A stretch of DNA of 32,742 nt from Promethearchaeota archaeon (GTDB lineage Archaea; Asgardarchaeota; Odinarchaeia; Odinarchaeales; JBHLKK01). Location of the stretch: NCBI GenBank assembly GCA_048939565.1, contig JBHLPJ010000001.1:1-32742 (forward strand), written 5' to 3'. The position numbers and the translations under genes are program-made. Below the pieces are notes generated by a model. The model did not search any database, was not told the DNA's origin, and saw only the letters and a program-made list of their open reading frames with translations. The stretch's first letter is position 1, and the number at the start of each line of letters is the position of its first letter. This document shows, piece after piece, positions 32,648 to 32,742 of this stretch.

Positions 32648-32742
32648 ATGTTCGAGAAACTCAAACAAAGCCTAAAAAGTTTCAAGGAAAAAATCGCCAC
32701 AAAAGAGCTTAATGAAAAGAGATTGGATAAGGCGCTTTCAGA
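32648..32742 (+). CDS. ftsY: signal recognition particle receptor FtsY, N-terminal fragment (runs off the window)
   Basis: My own translation gives MFEKLKQSLKSFKEKIATKELNEKRLDKALS, a typical FtsY N-terminus. Its position after pfdA is conserved in archaea. Confidence 0.6.
   Translation, partial: MFEKLKQSLKSFKEKIATKELNEKRLDKALS

Noticed and set aside
1-32742. CRISPR arrays, IS elements, integrases, toxin-antitoxin or other defence islands
   Set aside because: I scanned both strands. No regularly spaced direct repeats, transposase or integrase-like ORFs, or terminal inverted repeats were found. The window is essentially core housekeeping DNA.

Overview
This is an AT-rich (about 40% GC by eye), densely packed archaeal chromosome segment made up almost entirely of housekeeping genes. 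I found no CRISPR array, integrase, transposase or recognisable defence system.

Minus-strand ribosome-biogenesis and translation block (1-4082): a KH/Dim2-like gene (partial, not in the ORF track), Rio1 kinase, aIF-1A, NMD3, DUF424, aIF-2 beta and an RPA32-like OB-fold protein.

Middle of the window:
- Two tandem PhoU-like/TrkA-C paralogues, MetRS, an orphan radical-SAM/SPASM enzyme, a HAD hydrolase, DUF3795 and DJ-1/PfpI.
- A tRNA island (Gly-GCC, Val-GAC, Ala-GGC), followed by L37e and an Sm-like protein.
- A PUA-domain protein, SepF, aCPSF1 (FttA-type beta-CASP nuclease), proteasome beta subunit and glycerol-1-phosphate dehydrogenase.
- UPF0179, a long FKBP and a metallophosphoesterase.
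- An ABC (MacB/FtsX-type) exporter module.
- A ModE-like regulator, Mop, a HAD hydrolase and formylmethanofuran:H4MPT formyltransferase (Ftr).
- Lrp/AsnC, a DapL-like aminotransferase, tRNA-Gly(TCC) and Nep1.

Conserved archaeal cluster at the 3' end: Rpp21, S19e, a PDCD5-like protein, L39e (51 aa, missing from the ORF track), L31e, aIF6, LX, prefoldin alpha and FtsY (partial).

Most interesting observations:
1. All four tRNA genes contain introns, six in total. Four of the six sit at non-canonical sites in the variable loop and T-loop.
2. A roughly 350-nt GC-rich, ORF-poor, helix-rich region lies between rnp4 and rps19e. I could not assign it to RNase P RNA or SRP RNA. It is flanked by a 9-bp direct repeat.
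3. An identical 13-mer, CGATAAAGTTAAA, occurs four times at promoter distance from genes.
4. A perfect 26-bp palindrome lies between the PhoU/TrkA-C pair and metG.

The lineage guess is an uncultured TACK- or Bathyarchaeia-like archaeon with an H4MPT C1 pathway and FtsZ/SepF-type division. This guess is low confidence.
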